Assembly: GCF_964213995.1 (NCBI RefSeq)
Contig: NW_027590498.1
Location: forward strand, 186,001-250,000
Direction of reading: 5' to 3'
Source of the DNA: Mustelus asterias
Lineage: Eukaryota
Length of the DNA stretch: 64,000 nucleotides
The position numbers and the translations under genes were made by a program. The notes under the pieces were generated by a model. The model made no database searches, was not told the origin of the DNA, and worked only from the letters and a program-made list of their open reading frames with translations. Of the stretch, positions 61,846-64,000 are shown piece by piece. Position 1 is the first letter of the stretch. Every line of letters begins with the position of its first letter.

Positions 61846-62599
61846 AGTGCCAGTGTCCTTGTGTCTCTCCAGGTTGGATGATCAGTTGAAGCCTCAGAAC
61901 ACATGTACAGTTTCTCCCAGATGTGAATGGTGCGATGTTTTTTCAGGCTGTGTAACTGGTTTAAGCTCTTTCCACAGTCAGTTCACTGGAACACTCTCAC
62001 TCGGGTGTGTGTGTCTCAGTGCTTTTCCAGTCACACTGATGTTTGAAATCTTCTCCTACAGGTAGAACAGACAAACATTTCTCCTTCCACGTTCAAAGTC
62101 TCAGGATATTCAGGTCCTATGAAATCGATACTCAGTCTGATTTTTATGTGATGTTTCCTCACCTCATCTGTAAAAGGAGTTTACAAAAATCGTCACGGTC
62201 AATCAGATAGAAATTCTGAACAGACAATTCTAATTTCTCGAAACATTTTTTCCTCTCTTGTTCCCCCAAATCAGTAAATCCCTGTACCACACACTCTTCC
62301 CCCTCCCTGGGCTGAAATCCAAACCCATCTCACCATTTCTTTCCTCCACTCCCAGTTTTCTCCCTCCCTCTCCTCTGTCTGGGTTCAGTTCTCCAGCTGC
62401 TGTCTGCAGACTGACAATAAAACCAATGGGTCTTATTGGGGGTGTTGGGGCCTCCAGCGGGTGTTTGTGAATCCTCCCCGCCCACCTCCCAGGGTTTCCT
62501 TCCTTCCCAGAGATCAGAGTCCTCATTGATTTGAGGCCAAAGTGTAACCTCTTATTTATTGTCCCCCTCCCCCATCCTCTGATGTGAACCATCCTCCAG

Positions 62600-63300
62600 T
62601 GGCTGAGCCAGGATGGGGCCGTTAACCTGGGCCTGTTCCCGGGAGGGAGAAGCCCCGCAGCTGCAAACCAGGGAGCTGACAATGATTCTGAAGGGTTTGC
62701 GGATCCACAAAGTGTTTCCAAATCCTCCCAGCCACCGCCTAACGCTGACTCCGCTTCTCCGGGACAAACAAGCGCCAAGAACAGCAATGACACTGCGCAT
62801 GCTCCACATCACAATGCCCGGGGACTGATTGACGGCGGCTCCGGACCAATAGGAAGAAGGGGCGGGGCTGGATGACCGTTCGGGAGCGGCTGGTCCTCCA
62901 ACCAATCGGAGTGAATGAGGGGCGGGGCTAAGAGTTCCCGATCCACTGCATGGGAGAGGCGCGCATGCGCATTAAGTAACAGCGTTTGCCGTGTGCGTGA
63001 CAGCAACTGGAGCGAAATTCCTGTGTCTCATCAGCAACCGGTAAGGATGCAGAAACATGGAGGGAGCAATGGAACCGGCGGATGGACGTAGAGGGTTTCT
63101 AAATACCTGTTGAAGGCCTCAAACATCGAATATGAGCCCTGTTTGCAGCTTCAGGTCTTTTTCCCGAGACGAAGCTCAGGTTAGCGGCCGCCATCTTGAT
63201 TGAGCAGGGAGCAGAGCGCATGCGCTGGTGTATTGGTGACGCAACCGTGAGTGGGCGGGTCTTTGTGTTTCTGCTCCCACCAGGTCCTAGTGCTCCCACC
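62600..63300. promoter_or_regulatory. Bidirectional CpG promoter: type I arm (ZNF-J) and type III arm (putative + strand gene beyond the window)
   Basis: CCAAT twice, GC boxes, GCGCATGCGC at about 62961 and 63216, YY1 GCCGCCATCTTG at about 63187. Confidence 0.75.
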
Positions 63301-63350
63301 GGGTTAAAATGCAGACCAACAATGAGCATCAGATTTTCAAACAGCTTCAC

Positions 63351-63692
63351 GGGGCGGCATGGTAGCACAGTGGTTAGCGCTGCTGCTTCACAGCTCCAGG
63401 GACCTGGGTTCGAATCCCGGCTCGGGTCGCTGTCTGTGTGGAGTTTGCACATTCTCCTCGTGTCTGCGTGGGTTTTCTCCGGGTGCTCTGGTTTCCTCCC
63501 ACAGTCCAAAGATGTGCGGGCTAGGTTGATGATTGGCCATGATAAATTGCCCCTTAGTGTCCCGGGATGCAGAGGTTAGAGGGGTTAGTGGGTAAATATG
63601 TAGGGATATATGGATCGGGCCTGGGTGGGATTGTGTTTGGTACAACTCGATGGGCTGAATGGCCTCTTTCTCAAATGTAGGATTCTATGATT
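63351..63692 (+). mobile_element. HE1-like SINE, full length
   Basis: A box, B box GGTTCGAATCC, V domain, ATTCTATGATT tail. Confidence 0.92.
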
Positions 63693-63777
63693 CACCCACT
63701 CCCAGGCTGCACCTGACGTTTGCAGCCGAGAGAAGTTTATGGGCCATAGAATCATATCGCTACCGTGCCGCCCCATG

Positions 63778-64000
63778 GACATAGAACATAGAAAGAATAC
63801 AGCACAAACAGGCCCTTCGGCCCACAAGTTGCGCCGGTCATGTCCCTACCTACCTAGGCTTAGAAATAGGCTTACCTATAACTCTCAATCCTATTAAGTC
63901 CCATGTACTCATCCAGAAGTCTCTTAAAAGAGAGGGAGGAGTTTGCCTCCACCACCACTGATGGCAGCCGATTCCACTCACCCACCACCCTCTGAGTGAA
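63778..64000 (-). mobile_element. CR1 3' end
   Basis: ACATAGAACATAGAA tail; ATTCCACTCACCCACCACCCTCTGAGTGAA (reverse FTQRVV..WN). Confidence 0.8.

Overview
Vertebrate genomic DNA, almost certainly a shark (HE1-type V-SINEs, CR1/HER1-like LINEs, Penelope remnants). The window is part of a lineage-specific cluster of C2H2 zinc-finger (ZNF) genes with no recognisable KRAB/SCAN/BTB domain. There are about ten ZNF units, labelled A-J here. Four have uninterrupted finger ORFs (B 6 fingers, E 10, H 11, J 6); the rest are disrupted by stops or frameshifts. Most sit head-to-head around duplicated CpG-rich promoter cassettes carrying NRF1, YY1, CCAAT, CRE and ETS motifs. The rest is dense, nested retroelement sequence: at least three tRNA-SINE types, a Deu-domain SINE, CR1, L2, Rex1-like and Crack/Daphne-like LINE pieces, Penelope elements with decayed hammerhead motifs, a 1.46-kb solo LTR and three tandem repeats. 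Most notable observations: (1) a frame-conserved cryptic C-terminal peptide (LQGLDSAVIAAVNHIQD-like) directly behind the UGA stop of most ZNF copies, and directly encoded (CGA/TGT instead of TGA) in two; (2) palindromic bidirectional promoter modules; (3) a 10-copy CRE-site tandem repeat apparently born from an L2 LINE fossil; (4) fossil fingers with a shared in-frame UGA upstream of a start codon created inside the TGEKP linker; (5) short palindromic Penelope-derived insertions with target-site duplications. All calls are by eye, repeat boundaries are approximate, and no database searches were run.
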